NCBI RefSeq assembly: GCF_009914755.1
Contig: NC_060934.1
Source: the human T2T-CHM13v2.0 reference genome, Homo sapiens
Length of the DNA: 64,000 nt
Reading direction: 5' to 3' (one strand)
Part shown: piece after piece, positions 15,109 through 38,055 of the stretch
Layout of the letters: each line of letters begins with the position of its first letter
Position numbering within the stretch: position 1 is the first letter of the stretch
Notes under the pieces: model-generated
The model's database searches: none
Seen by the model: the letters and a program-made list of their open reading frames with translations, nothing else
What the model was told of the DNA's origin: nothing
Translations under genes and position numbers: made by a program

Positions 15109-15990
15109 TGATCCATCTGCCTCGGCCTCCCAAAGTGCTGGGATTACAGGAGTGAGCCACTGCACCTGGCCTATTTTTAAATGTTGTATTGTCTCTTACA
15201 AATGGGTAGGCAAGTACTACTTCTCAGACGCCTATGATCCTACACTAAGTATTCAAATCTCCTGACAATTTTGTATTTTGCATTCCCAAAATTAGTCCTA
15301 AATGTGAAATAAAATAAAATAAAAGGAATGATAGCTGAGCTTTCCCAGACATACCATTGAAAATCACAAAAGATTTGTTACTTCCCCTTATGAAAAGAGA
15401 GGTGCCAGAAATAAATAGGTGTATTTGATATGTTACTATTGGTGAATTACACAGGAATAGATGAGATTATTTTTTATCAAAAGAGAGGGAAAGTGTAGGA
15501 AAATTTTCTTTCAATGGAAAATTAAGTATTGTCTATAGCACACCCTTTCACTTTATCTGCTTTTGATTCCATGGGAGCCATTTTACAGCTTGTAAAATGT
15601 AGATAACTGATAGAAATGAAAACTAATTCTTGGCTCTAGATCTGTACATTTAATCCTGCCAGTAGAGGTTCAATTGACTTCCCTTTCCCACCCTGGAAGA
15701 AGCTGGCTTGAGCTCTGTTGGTGAATGTGTTTCAACATTCCTTTGCTCCATATAATTGAGCTTTTCTGACTTCTCCTTTGAATTAGTTATAATCTGCCAT
15801 TGGAGAGTCATGATTTTATCTTTTTTTTTTTGTTTTTGAGATAGCGTCTTGCTCTGTCGCCCAGGCTTGAGTGAAGGGATGCAAGCTTGGCTCACTGAAG
15901 CCTTGACCTCCTGGGCTCAAGTGATTCTCCAAACTCAGCCCCCTGAGTAGCTAGAACTACATACATGAGCCACCATGCCTGGCTAATGAC

Positions 15991-16033
<43 letters not shown>
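15991..16033. repeat. (GAT)n microsatellite replacing the middle linker of an Alu
   Basis: About 14 GAT units between the Alu arms. Confidence 0.9.
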
Positions 16034-16396
16034 TAGCAGGGGGTTGCACTATATTGCCCAAGCTGGTCTTCAACTCCCAGCCTTAAGCGATCTTCTCACC
16101 TCAGTCTCCCAAAATGCTGCTATTATAGGCATGAGCTGCCACTCCAGGCTGATGATTTTATCTTTTTAATAAATGAATCTTTTAACAATAAGGACAATAT
16201 AAGTTAGTTCATTACAAATGATGGAAGCTTATTGCATTAGAGTTTTATTCTCCTCCTTAATCCTTGTTGCAAATACCTGGAAGGCAGTAACGGAAAGACC
16301 ATTAGCTGGTATTAACCTTCAACTCTGGAATATGGCACCATCTCCTACCTTGCCCCTGGCAGTTACTTTCCTCCCCTACACTTATGCAGCCTCCTA

Positions 16397-19260
<2,864 letters not shown>

Positions 19261-20371
19261 AAAGAGGGAATTGGATGGGATTGTGTCATTCTTCAGCCAA
19301 AAACCCTGCTGGCACCTCTGCCTACAGCAAGAAAGTTTACTCTTTTGAGAGTGGCATTTGAGGCCCTCCCTAATCTGACCAAAACTTCCCCCAGATTTAC
19401 TGCCCACTCACCTGTCACCCACCCACCTTTGTTAAACTCCATGGCATGCAGGATGCACTGCTTAGAAAACTCCTACTCATGTTCAAAGACCCCTTTGTGA
19501 GGCCTTTACTTTACACCTCCTTCAGGAAGCAGAGTTAGCTGCCAGCTCCTCCTTGGTCACCAGTCATCTCTCCTGGAAACCTTGATCCTCCTCCAGGACC
19601 ACTGCAGGCCTAGCTGGCATTACTCACAACCCTTTCTGCCCTCAGGAGATTTATAACCTACAAGTACATACAGCAAAGAAAACATAGTGACAGGCCCAGG
19701 AAAGCAGGTTAGAGGCAGGTGAGCAAGAGAATTTACATTGTGCTGTGACCATAGATGTTATTATTACTCCATCTTTGTTGATGAGGCTCAGGGAGAGGAG
19801 GTGAACTGCCTGAGGCTACACCACCAATAAGGACAAAGTCACGATTTGAACTCAATTCCTCTGCCTCCTTTACTAAGAGATACTAACTCAGAAATGCTCT
19901 GAACAGTCAGCCAAGCAATGTCTTCAGACAGTTTATATTTTACTTCAACTCTCACCTCAAGGAGCCAAAATAAGATCATCTCCCTAGAGAGCATTGCAGA
20001 GAAAATTCTCAAAGAGCTTGAGGGAAATGCCAACCCACTCCTACCCGCTGAGCCCACAGGGAATTCAGGAATCATAGCTTGACAGATTCTCAGGAAATAG
20101 TCATGGATTTCACAATGAACTGAATTGACACTTAGCAATGTGAATCTGCTGCAAAAACATCTCAAAACCGAGTAAGTGGATACCAGGCACTATGGGTGGC
20201 TGAGTTCTTTTGCTGGACCCTCCATTTAGGCCAGTTTTCTCCTCTTCTAAACATGGATTTATCACTTCAAAAGACACTGGTTAGAAAACTGCTATTGCTA
20301 AGCTCTGGGATAATCACAGAACCCATCACATAGGGTAGCAGCCAAGATTAACTGAAAAATAGACTATGTAG

Positions 20372-21330
20372 CCATGGAATACTACTCAGCCATAAAAAGG
20401 AATAAAATAATGGCATTTGCAGCAGCGTGGATGGAGGTGGAGACCATTATTCTAAGTGAAGTAACCCAGGAATGAAAAACCAAAAATCATATGTTCTCAT
20501 TTGTAAGTGGGAACTAAGCTATGAGGACGCAATGCATAAGAATGATATAATGGACTTGGGGACTGGGGGAAGAGAGTGTGGGAGGGGGTGAGGGATAGAA
20601 GACTACACATTGAATACAGTGTACACTGCTCAGGTGACAGGTGCACCAAAATCTCAGAAATTGCCACTAAATAACTTATCCATGTTGGCCAGGCACAGTG
20701 GCTCACACCTGTAATCCCAGCCACTAAATAACTTTTCTTTTTTATTTTTACTGTACCCTTTCTTTTTTCTTTTTTTTTTTTTTTGGAGACAGAGTTTCAC
20801 TCTGTTGCCCAGGCTGGAGTGCAGTGGCGCGCAGTCTCTGCTCACTGCAAGCTCTGCCTCCCAGGTTCACGCCATTGTCCTGCCTCAGCCTCCCGAGTAG
20901 CTGGGACTACAGGTGCATGCCACCACGCCCAGCTAATTTTTTGTATATTTTTTAGTAGAGACGGGGTTTCACCGTGTTAGCCAGGATGGTCTCGGTCTCC
21001 TGACCTCGTGATCCACCCGCCTCAGCCTCCCAAGGTGCTGGGATTACAGGTGTGAGCCACCATGCTCAGCCTACTGTACCTTTTCTATGTTCATTTAAAA
21101 GTAACTGAAAGAGTACATACAATTGGAATGTTTGTAACACAGAAAATGATAAATGCTTGAGGTGATAGATACCCCATTTACCTTGATGTAATTATTACAC
21201 ATTGTATGCCTGCATCAAAACATCTCATGTGCCCCATAAATATATATCTACTATGTACCCATAAAAATTAAAAAAATTTTAATCAGAAGAAAATAAATCT
21301 ATAACAAAATTTTTACAAATTAAAAAAACC
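20372..21330 (+). mobile_element. L1 3' end composite with nested AluY
   Basis: GGAATACTACTCAGCCATAAAAAGG ORF2 end / 3'UTR; A-rich tail; flanking repeat AGACTATGTAG (20361 / 21331). Confidence 0.75.
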
Positions 21331-21402
21331 AGACTATGTAGTACTTCACACTGGGTTAGACGATGAATTCAAAATCATGAATGTTGGCTGTTAGGAATAT
21401 AA

Positions 21403-21552
<150 letters not shown>

Positions 21553-21732
21553 TAGCTGGGATTACAGGTGCACACCACCACATCCAGCTAATTTTTTAAG
21601 AATATTTTTGGTAGAGATGGGGTTTCACCATGTTGACCAGGCTGGTCTCGAACTCCTGACCTAGAGTGATCCACCCACCTCGGCCTTCCAAAGTGCGAGG
21701 ATTACAAGATAAGCCACTGTGCCTGGCCAATA

Positions 21733-21770
<38 letters not shown>
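21733..21770. repeat. (ATT)n Alu-tail microsatellite
   Basis: Direct reading. Confidence 0.9.
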
Positions 21771-21774
21771 TTGA

Positions 21775-22029
<255 letters not shown>

Positions 22030-22209
22030 TGATCCGCCCACCTCACCTCCTGAAGTGCTGGGATTATAGGCGTGAGCCACCACACCCGGCCATAACTGTT
22101 AATATTAAACCTCTACCCTCATTCTACACTTTGCTTCTCCCTGTACCAAGCGGATCTTCCTATCTTCCTACATCTTCTCCTACCTGGGAGGATTCAGGGC
22201 CACATGTAA

Positions 22210-23509
<1,300 letters not shown>

Positions 23510-25139
23510 AAAAAGAAACAAAAAACTTCTTATTTTTTTCTTTTTTTGAGATGGGTCTCACTCTGTCACCCAGGCTGGCATATGCAGTAATGTAATCATA
23601 GTTTACTGCCGCCTCGACTTCCCAAGCTCCTGCCATCCTTCCACATCAGCCCCCTGAATAGCTGGGACTACAAGTGTGTGCCACCACACCCGGCTAATTT
23701 TTAAATTTTTTTTGTAGAGACAGGGTATGGCTATGTTGTCCAGGCTGGTCTTGAACTCCTGAACTCAAGCCACCCTCCTGCCTCAGCCTCCTAAAGTGCT
23801 AGGATTACAGGAGTGAGCCACTACTTCCAACTTCAAAAAAACAAATCTCAACCCATCAAGTCGCCCCCTCCTTTTCCTTCCCCCGAGAGACATCCACATT
23901 CACACTTCACTGGCTCACTTTCTCTGGCTATAACTTCTGTGCCTTGGGTTAGTAGCCCCTCTTCATCTGTGCAGAATGGGCTAGGTTTGCCCAGTGCTCA
24001 CTGAGAGCTCTCCCGGCGTGGGTCTTTCTGGTACCTCTGGAAATCTTCTCTTGTGCCAAAGGAAGAAGACAAGGAGGCTTTGTACAGCTCAGGCCCTCCC
24101 AGCCACTGACGCTCTTTTAATTGGGCTGTCCTCTCACCCCATCTCTCTCCCCAAAGAGATGACCAGCCCCTATTTCCTGTTTCCTTTGGCCCTTTGCCTT
24201 TGGGTATGGATTGGGAGAGCAAGCCCCTGCCAGATTTCCCACCACTTGTGCCCCGGCCCAGCCAGGCTGGGAGGACCTGAGCACATCCTGTAGCATTGCC
24301 TGTGGAGGCAGTACAGGTGCCTGGGAGGCAAATCCCTAACTAGTCTCTGTGTGCCCTGGGCCCACCTCCTAACTTCTCCAAGCCTTACATTCTGTATGCT
24401 CCCATGACCCTGGCAGGTAGCCTCACAGTCCACGCAGATTGTGACGGTATCTGCCAGGGTCATGGGAGCATTAAGTGAAAGAGAAACGTCTGCACATTAG
24501 GGCACTTCATTCATGCAGGTGGTTATGAGCGTTCTCCCCTAACTGCACAGGGCTTGCCACTCTGCGCCCCCCATATCCCATTCATCCCTTTCTCACCTCC
24601 ACTCTTCAGATTCTCTATTTAGTGCCTTTCCTGGGACTTCAGAGTCAAGAGGCCTGATCATGCAGAGGACCATGAATTTTGGAATCGGATCCACCTAGCT
24701 TCCAAACTGGGATCTGCCACCCTCTACTCTTGAATCAGATATACTTAATAGATCTTATTTTTTTAAATGGGGATAAGGATATCTACTTGATAGGTTTACT
24801 GATGCAAGGATTAAATAGGGTAATGCATATACAGCCTTAGCACAATACCAGGTTCAGAGAAGTTTAGCAAATAATAGAATAATAATAAATAATAAGAGGT
24901 ATGACTAGATCCAGCTGGCTACCCACCTTGCTTTGAGGCCTGGTATATGGTTGGCATATTTCTCTAGTTCCTGCCACTGATGCCGGTCTCCCCTATCTTT
25001 AATTTCACTGGTCACTTTCAAGAATATTGGAAGGAGGAGGTTTGTCAACTGGGTCCACTGGCTCCATACTATCATTTTGCCCAGGAGTTTCCCTTTACAT
25101 GTTTGGGCCAGTTTCTGTTGGTATACAGAAATAAATTGA

Positions 25140-25394
<255 letters not shown>

Positions 25395-25702
25395 TGATCC
25401 ACCTGCCTCTGCCTCCCAAAGTGCTGGGATTAACAGGCATGAGCCACTGCACCCAGCCAAACACTTGTTGATAGTGGCATCTTTTTTTATTTTTTAAATT
25501 TTTAATTTAATTTTAAGTTTTTAAATTATTTATTTATTTTTTAGAACAGTGTCTCACTCTGTCACCCAGGCTGGGGTGCAGTGGTGTGATTATAGCTCAC
25601 TGCAGCCTCAAACTACTAGGCTTAAGCGATCTTCCTGCTTCAGCCTCCCCAGTAATAGGTGTGTGCCACAACGCCCCGCTAATGTGTGTGTGTTTTTTTT
25701 AA

Positions 25703-25852
<150 letters not shown>

Positions 25853-27242
25853 TGATTTAATAAAGAATACATTTCTCCTTTCTCTGTTATGTACAGATGA
25901 ACTATTTAAGATAAAAGTAGTTGGCGGGGCATGGTGGCTCATTCCTGTAATCCCAGCACTTTGGGAAGCTGAGGCGGGAGGATTACTTGAGCCCAGGTGC
26001 TCAAGACCAGCCTGGGCAACACAGCAAGACCCCTCGTCTCTATTTTTATTATTTTTTTAATTTGAAAAACTATAAATATAAAAATTAAAGGTAGTTATCT
26101 TGTTAAGGAAATGTCCCATTATTTCCTTTATTTTTATCCTAAGTTTGTTGTTATTACTGTTTTTAAGTTAGGGAGGCCTGTTTAATTTCATCAAATATGG
26201 TTTCAGTATTTATTGAAATTATATGTCTGTTTTGCATTTTTGTTTCCTTGACCTTGTGACAGACATGATGTAGAGAGATTTTCCCAGAACTCCCCTCGGA
26301 AATGAGTAGCTAGCCAACTACTTTATGTTCAAAGTAGTGGTAAAAGGATGGACTAGGCAATAAAGAGCATTAGGACATTTAGATACCCATTTAGGGAAAA
26401 ATTTAAGTTTGATTCCTTCCTTGCAACCACATAAAAATTCTAGATGGATTAGACATTAGACCTTGAGAAAACCTTAAAACTGTTTGAAGGAAACATAGAA
26501 AAATATCTTTACAGCCTTGATTCGAGGAATCATAAGCAAGTTGTAAACTCTATAAGCCATAAAAGAAAATATTGGGAGGCCGAGGCGGGCGGATCACGAG
26601 GTCAGGAGATTAAGACCATCCTGGCTAACACGGTGAAACCCCGTCTCTACAAAAAATACAAAAAATACAAAAAATTAGCCGGGCGCGGTGGCGGGCGCCT
26701 GTAGTCCCAGCTACTCGGGAGGCTGAGGCAGGAGAATGGCGTGAACCCAGGAGGGCGGAAGTTGCAGTGAGCCGAGATAACGCCACTGCAGTCCGGCCTG
26801 GGCGAAAGAGAGGGACTCCGTCTCAAAAAAGAAAAAAAAAAAAAAAAAAAAAGAAAAGAAAATATTGAGAGATTTGGCTACCTAATATTTAAAACTTCTG
26901 AATGATGAAAGACACCACCAAGAAACTTAAATATAATGGAAGGCTGGAAGAAGACATTGCCAACATATATAACAGGCATTGCATTAATAATCAGAGTATA
27001 TAAAGGAAAGGGAGGAAAATAGAAAAAAGTAATCGAAGAAGCAAATAAAGCTTAACCTCACTCATAACAAGTAGCATGTAAATAACAATAACAACAAGGT
27101 AACATTTTCCATCATCAAGCTGTCAAAATTTTAAATAATAAATATCCAGTGTTGGAGAATGTAGGTGACTGATAGGTTTACACTTCAGGTATCTCCAATC
27201 CAGAAGGGTTTTTTTTGTTTTTTTGTTCTGTTTTGTTTTTGA

Positions 27243-27443
<201 letters not shown>

Positions 27444-28122
27444 TAGCCAGGATGGTCTCAATCTCCTGACCTCGTGATCCACCCGCCTCGGCCTCCCAAA
27501 GTGCTGGGATTACAGGCGTGAGCCGCCGCGCCCAGCGCAGAAGTATTTTATGTAAATGGCGCCCCCTGCAGCCCAATTCCTACCTAGACTAACATGCTCA
27601 GGTGCACCTTGGAACAGCGCTGGAAGACCCCTTGCCCCTCCTGTGGGCTTAGTAACAATTTGGGGAACAGTTTTTGGCCTATCTGGCAAAATGTAAAAGG
27701 CCTTTGACGCAATGATTCCTCTTCCAGCCTTTCAGAAATATGTACATACAGGAATATGTACTACGTACATGAAGATATATGCAAAGGAATGTTTATTAAA
27801 GCTTATTTTATATTGGAGAGAAAAAGGAAGCAATCTACATGTCTGTCAATAGGGGACTGTTTGGATAAATAATGCTCCTTGTATCCATTCATGGGATATT
27901 TTAACTCTTAAAAGGAATGAAGTGGATTTATCTGTACCCACATAGACTGATCTCCAAGATTATTTTCTTTTATTTTAAGATGGAGTCTTGCTCTGTTGCC
28001 CAGGCTGGAGTGCAGTGGTGCAATCTTGGCTCACTGCCACTTCCGCCTCCTGGGTTCTGATTCTCCTGCCTCAGCCTCCTGAGTAGCTGGGACTACAGGC
28101 GCCCAACACCACGCCCTGCTAA

Positions 28123-28314
<192 letters not shown>

Positions 28315-29529
28315 TGACTTGATCTCATGTATATACATTTGTGTCTGAATATACATTAGGTAGATGGGGAATGCATAGACGTGGAACAGGCAGAGCCTAC
28401 CAAGTTGAGGGGACTGGACCTGAATCATTGGACGGAGGGAATTCGTAACAGAAAAGACTTTCATGTTTTACTCTGTATACTTAATTACTTTATGCTCTAC
28501 CGCAACAATAATGTATTGTATATGTTTTTGTGTGTGTGTGTGTTTTCTTAGTCTTAAATTCAAAATATAAGGTAGCCCACTGGCTCTAAGCTACAAGAAT
28601 CCTTATGAGTTGGGCAGTTCTTTGACAACTTTTTTTCCCACCTGGCGAAACTATCAAGGAATGTCCTACCACCAAGCGTGAGAAATTTTTGGCATTCCTG
28701 AAATAAATTCTTCTTCTGAGCCAGCTCATGTGGGCATCATAATCTCCTTGAAGGCTTTTAAAAGATTTAGATCTGAGTCTGTCTCAGATTCTCGGGCTCA
28801 GAACCAGAATTTCTCCGTCTGAGGCTACTATCTTGCTCTGGAGGAGGGAGTGAGAACTGGATCACTGGTTAGCGTGGTAACTGTTTTGGACAATTGCATA
28901 GCCACAGCCAGGAACACAGAAGGCAGAGAGGCAGCCTTGATCTGCAAGAGCTCCAGGTAATCCCAACGGGGACCCTTGATGGACAAAGGCATTCTCCCAG
29001 GCTTGGTGATGAATGTGTTCCACTTACAGCCAGACGAGACACTCACTCAGGGCTCTGCAGCAGAGAAGTTAGAGCTACAGCTTTTTTGCTTTGTGTTTTT
29101 ACTAAAACTTAATTTGTTGTTGCACTTGTTGGATGGGCATGTCCCATAGGGGAAGTTTCCACTACTGTGCTCTAAACTTTGGGCTGCTTGTACCATCTTA
29201 CTTATCCCCTCATTAATAATGAATTGAATAAAATCTTTAGTATATGCTAATTTCATATCTTTGCGAGAGTTACGATTTTACCTTTTCTTTTTAAAATTAC
29301 CTTTTCATATTTCTATCACTCCCTTACCAGAGCAGTGAGTTTCTGGGTCTCCCTCTTAGGGGCAGACACTGTTCCATGTAATTAGAATTAATTTCTTGTT
29401 CGTAGGTAGACAGAGAAAAGCTGCCAAACTCCCAGGAGACAGGGGTTCAGATCCTGTGCTATGGCTGAGAGTGATGCCGAGGAAGACACTTCCCTCCGAG
29501 TCTTAGTCTGCCCGCCTGTGAAACTGGCT

Positions 29530-30010
29530 CGTAACAAACCCCTGACCCCAGGCTCGGTCGCCTTGAGCCCAAGACCTCACCCAATGCCCCCCGCCCCGCC
29601 TTCCCTCCCGGGCTCCCAGGAGGTGCGGGGACTCGGGGGGCGGCCCCTTCCTCGGGAGGCGCCCAGGTGGCACGTCGGTGCCTCAGCTCCCGGGGTCTCT
29701 GGGCTCCGCGCTGCCCACGGGGTGCCGAGGGGCCTCTGGAGGGGGCGGGTTCTCTCGAGCCAGAAAGTCCGGAGCCGCCCAGGAATTTTGGCTCGAACTG
29801 AGTGCATTTCCTCTCGGGCCGGCCGGGTGCGATCCGGGAAGGGCGGCTGCGGGCAGACGCGGCGCTGCGCTCGGCCAGGCCGGCACCATGCGGCCCCTGC
29901 TCTGCGCGCTGACCGGACTGGCCCTGCTCCGCGCCGCGGGCTCTTTGGCCGGTGAGTGGGGCGCAGGGCGCGGCAGGGGACCTGGAGCCGGGGAGACCCG
30001 CAGATGGCGA
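29530..30010 (+). promoter_or_regulatory. PLAC9: CpG island / TATA-less GC-box promoter of PLAC9
   Basis: Dense CpG and high GC; GC boxes CCCCGCCCCGCC (about 29589) and GGGGGCGGG (29741) upstream of ATG 29888. Confidence 0.85.
29888..29951 (+). CDS. PLAC9: PLAC9 coding exon 1 (signal peptide MRPLLCALTGLALLRAAGSLA)
   Basis: GCACCATG start inside a CpG island; hydrophobic signal-like peptide; donor G|GTGAGT at 29952; 64 nt, ends in phase 1. Confidence 0.95.
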
Positions 30011-30881
30011 GGAAGGAATGAGCGAGAGAGACGGAGAGAGAGCTGGACACAGCAGCGAGATGGACAGAGAGGCAGATGCAGGGAGGGAGGGATGGAGAGA
30101 AAGATTGAGAGGAAACAGACTCAGAAAAAGGCAGAGAAGTAGAGCAACGGAGAGATAAAGGAGATAGGGAAGAATACACAGTGAAAAGGAAAAAGGAGAG
30201 GCTGAGACAGAAAGAGGCTTCCCCTGAACAGATATGAACTAAGATAGAAAGAAAAAGGAGTTTGAGAGACAAAAGAGAAGAAGGAAAGAGAAAAAGTGAT
30301 TAAAATGGCAAGGGGTGGAGGGAGAGAGGATATTGAAGAAAAGAGAAAGATTTGAGAGAGACCAAAAAGGAGAGAGAGGGAAGCTCGATGCCCGGAGTAG
30401 AGCTGGCAAGAGAGAAGGAGCCAGGATCTGGAGTGGGAGGTCACAGCTGCTGGGTGGGGCAGCCCCGGAGGCCAGCTCCATCTCAGAGGGCCTGTGGAGG
30501 CTCAGGCCTGGCTTTATAGGACATTGCATAAGAAGCCACACTCCAAAGGATGAGTGACCCAGGCTAGCCCAGCACAGCCTTAAGGAACCAGGCAGTCGGG
30601 CCCAGGAGAAAGGCCACCGATTCACCTGCCAGGTGGCCTCAGGTGGATCTGCAGTCAGTGAAGAAGTCAGCCTCCCGGTTTCCAGGGAGCTTCTCTGGGA
30701 AACTGAGCTATGTTGGGTGGAGATGGGGGACTGGGTGGAGGTGGAGAGCTGTGCGGAGGAGAGAGGCTGTCTGGGTACTCCATTAGCTGGGTTCCTTGCT
30801 TTTCACTGTCCGCTTTCTTCCCCTCACCTACCCCTCAGGCGGGCGGATCACAAGCTCAGGAGATCAAGACCAGCCTCGCTA

Positions 30882-31136
<255 letters not shown>

Positions 31137-31239
31137 TCATATATTTTTGTGCATAATCTTTCAGATTTTAGATGATATATCTTAACTTTTGATTATGAAA
31201 ACTTTTGGATACAAAAAAATACAAAGTAATAGTATGTGA

Positions 31240-31512
<273 letters not shown>

Positions 31513-31551
31513 TGAGTAGCTGGGACTACAGGCACGCACCACCACACCTGA

Positions 31552-31710
<159 letters not shown>

Positions 31711-32025
31711 TAAATATTTCTTTGTGTACCTCTAAGAGATAAGCACTCTTAATAAACATAACTGCAATGCTATGATCATACTCCAAAAACTGTGTGTGAT
31801 TGAATATCATTAAATATTCAATCACTGTTCAAATGTCCTTGATTGATTGTGTCATATCTTTTTGCAATTCATTTGTTTGATCCAAATAAGGTTACATACA
31901 CTGCATTTGGTCAATATGTCTGTTAGATCTCTTTAAATATGTAAGTCTTCTCTCCCCTTTTTTTACTTAATTTTTTGTTTTTGTTGAAGAAACTAAGTTT
32001 GTCCTGTAAAGTTTTCCACATTTAG

Positions 32026-32352
<327 letters not shown>

Positions 32353-32430
32353 TAGCCAGGATGGTCTCGATCTCCTGACCTTGTGATTTGCCCGCCTCGG
32401 CCTCCCAAAGTGCTGGGATTACAGGTGTGA

Positions 32431-32631
<201 letters not shown>

Positions 32632-34627
32632 TAGTAGAGACGGGGGCTGCGGGGGAGTTTCACCATGTTGGCTAGGCTGGTCTCAAACTCCTGACATCAA
32701 GTGATCAGCCTGCCCCGGCCTCCCAAAGTGCTGGGATTACAGGCATGAGCCACCGCGCTGGGCCCAAGTCTTGGTTTCTTTTAGCAGCACTCAGAGAAAC
32801 CTTTATCCCTGATGGCTTTTTAGACCATGAGCCACCACGCCCGGCCCATATTTTGGAGTTTTTTATAAAATCACTTGAAGAATAGTTTTCTGCTGCTTTC
32901 AAAAATGATCAAAACCCGTGGATGGTTTTGAGTGAATCATACATTTTAATACAAATATTGGATGTGGTAAATTTATTATTCTATTATGTTGAATGTGGTC
33001 AAATATAATTAACCCCCAAGTGGCCAGGGTTGCTTTTCAAAGCAGAGTGTGACTTTGACAATTCAGAAGATACAGCGGCACCTTTCAGATGCCACTGAGA
33101 AAACATTTCTCAACCCCCAGCATGCAGAAATCATCTGTGTTGTGGCCCTTTCTTACTGTTTGGGTCCAGATACAAAAGGTCTCCCCATAAGGCCTGTAAG
33201 TAGAAGCACCCGTACTTCCGCCTCAGAGGATGGGACCCAGGGGCCACGTCTCTTTAACTGGGGCAGCCAGCCCAGCCGAGCCCTCCTCTGGGGCCTCCGG
33301 GCTCCACAGCAGCGTGTTCTCACCAGCACAGGATGCCCCACCCATGGCCACCATCCAGGGTGCACATCAGGCCCCTAGCAGGAGCCGGGCCAGAGAAAAC
33401 AACGCAGCATCCAAGGAGGTCCATTTCCCAACTGGCAGGGCCTGGGAGAGCGGGAGGAAAGGAAGGAAGGGAGCCCTGAGGAGCCACAGCCTTGGCTGCT
33501 CAGGGTTAATCATCATAATCCTTCAGTCTTTTCCACTCCCCTTGTCTGAGCCACTGACAGCCCTGTGGTGCATGTGCGTGTCTACTATTTTTTATTCATT
33601 TATTTATTTTCTTACAAGACACAGTCTTTCACTGTCACCCTGGCTGCAGTGCAGTGGTGCAATCGTAGCTGACTGTAGTCTCAAACTCCTGGGCTCAAGC
33701 GATTCTCCCGCCTCAGCTTTCCAAATACCTGAGACTACAAGTATATACCACCAATCCTGGCTAATTTTTTTTTAATTTTTATTTTATTTATTTATTTATT
33801 TATTTATTTATTTTTGTAGAGACAGAGTCTCACTATGTTGCCCAGAGTGACCTCAAACTTCTGGCTTCAAGCGATCCTCTTGCCTCAGCCTCCTAAAGCT
33901 CTGGGATTACAGGTGTGAACCACCGAGCCCAGCTCGTCTAGCTAATTCTTGAGGCCTCTCTGCAGCCTCCAAAAGACAGAAGAATTAAGGATGCGCTACA
34001 CGGGGGAGTCAGGGCCTCAGGCCTACCCTACCCCATTTTATGTAAGAGGCAGCAGAGGCTCAGGGAGCAGAAGAAACTTTCTCACAATCCCACAATCATT
34101 AGTGGCTGAACCAGGCTGAGAAAAGGGGTCTCCAGCATGTTTTCTACCATGATGCGTTCAAGTCAGCGCTGTGGTGAGGATGCTGGCAGTACAATGTCAG
34201 GCCCTGCTCCAAGCTTGCTCTCTCAGATGCACTCTGTGGAGGCCCCGATGAGCTCACGGACAGTTGCTCCAGGGTGCACAAAGCACAGTTTTGTCCAGAT
34301 GTGAAGGATTAGTGCTGAGCCATGTTGGGAGCGACCTCAGCCCAGCCTTTTCCCTGGAGGGGTTTTGGAGCCAAGTTAGACCTCATCACAGACACGTAGA
34401 GAACAGGGTGGTTTAGGCCAGTGGAGGGGAGCAGGCTCTGGTTGTTCTGACTTCCAAAGCAGCCAGACTCCCATTTGGCTGGCAGGGTCACACTGCATCC
34501 CCCTGGCCTGAGCCTTACACGGGAGAGTGGCTAGGGTCTGGGAGAGGGCAGGTGAGCCTCAGAGAAAAGGCTTGGCCAAAGGCCTCTGGACAGAGCCAGC
34601 AGGGGGGTATGTGTATCCACAGACTCA

Positions 34628-35221
<594 letters not shown>

Positions 35222-35884
35222 TCAGACAGCCAGCTTTTGTTATGGAACATTTCAAATCGTGCACACAACAGTAGACAGAATCGCTGAATGCACCCCCATT
35301 TGCTCATCACCCAGCTTCAACAATCAGCAACTCTCAGCCCATCCTGTTTGCTCTAAACATCCACGCATGCCTCTCCACCATCCCCACTGAGGCCTGGATT
35401 ATTTACTTTGGAAGTAAATCCAAGACAGCACAGCCTTTCATCTGTAAATATTTCAGTATAGGTCTTTAAAATACTTGCATTAAAAAAATAACCAAAGGGC
35501 CATTATAATGTCCTCCTCCCTCCCCAGATTCAGCAATAACACCATTATCTTTTGAAGAGTATTTTCTAAGTTCAGTGGAGGGAAATAATGAAAAGGATAA
35601 TTTGGAAAACAGATTGTTCTCCACAAAAGATGCTCAGAGTGGAAGGACATTTTGTCTCTGGTCCTGTTCTCATCTCTGAGTGGAAGTGCTGAGAGCTAGA
35701 TAGAGTTGGAATCAGAAAATCACAGGGCAGGGGGTCCCCACCTTGCTGAGATGAGAACAGGAGGTCAGGGTGCCTGAGGTCCAGGCATTTGCAGATGGTG
35801 TGACCTTGGGGAAATCACTCAGCCTCTCAGAGTTACACATCCATCATCAGCTCTGTCCTACCTCAAGACCTGCCCCACTTCTAG

Positions 35885-38055
<2,171 letters not shown>

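Noticed and set aside
29461-30272. Long overlapping ORFs on both strands at the PLAC9 promoter
   Set aside because: Expected from stop-poor GC-rich and purine-rich sequence; only the 64-nt exon has splice and protein support
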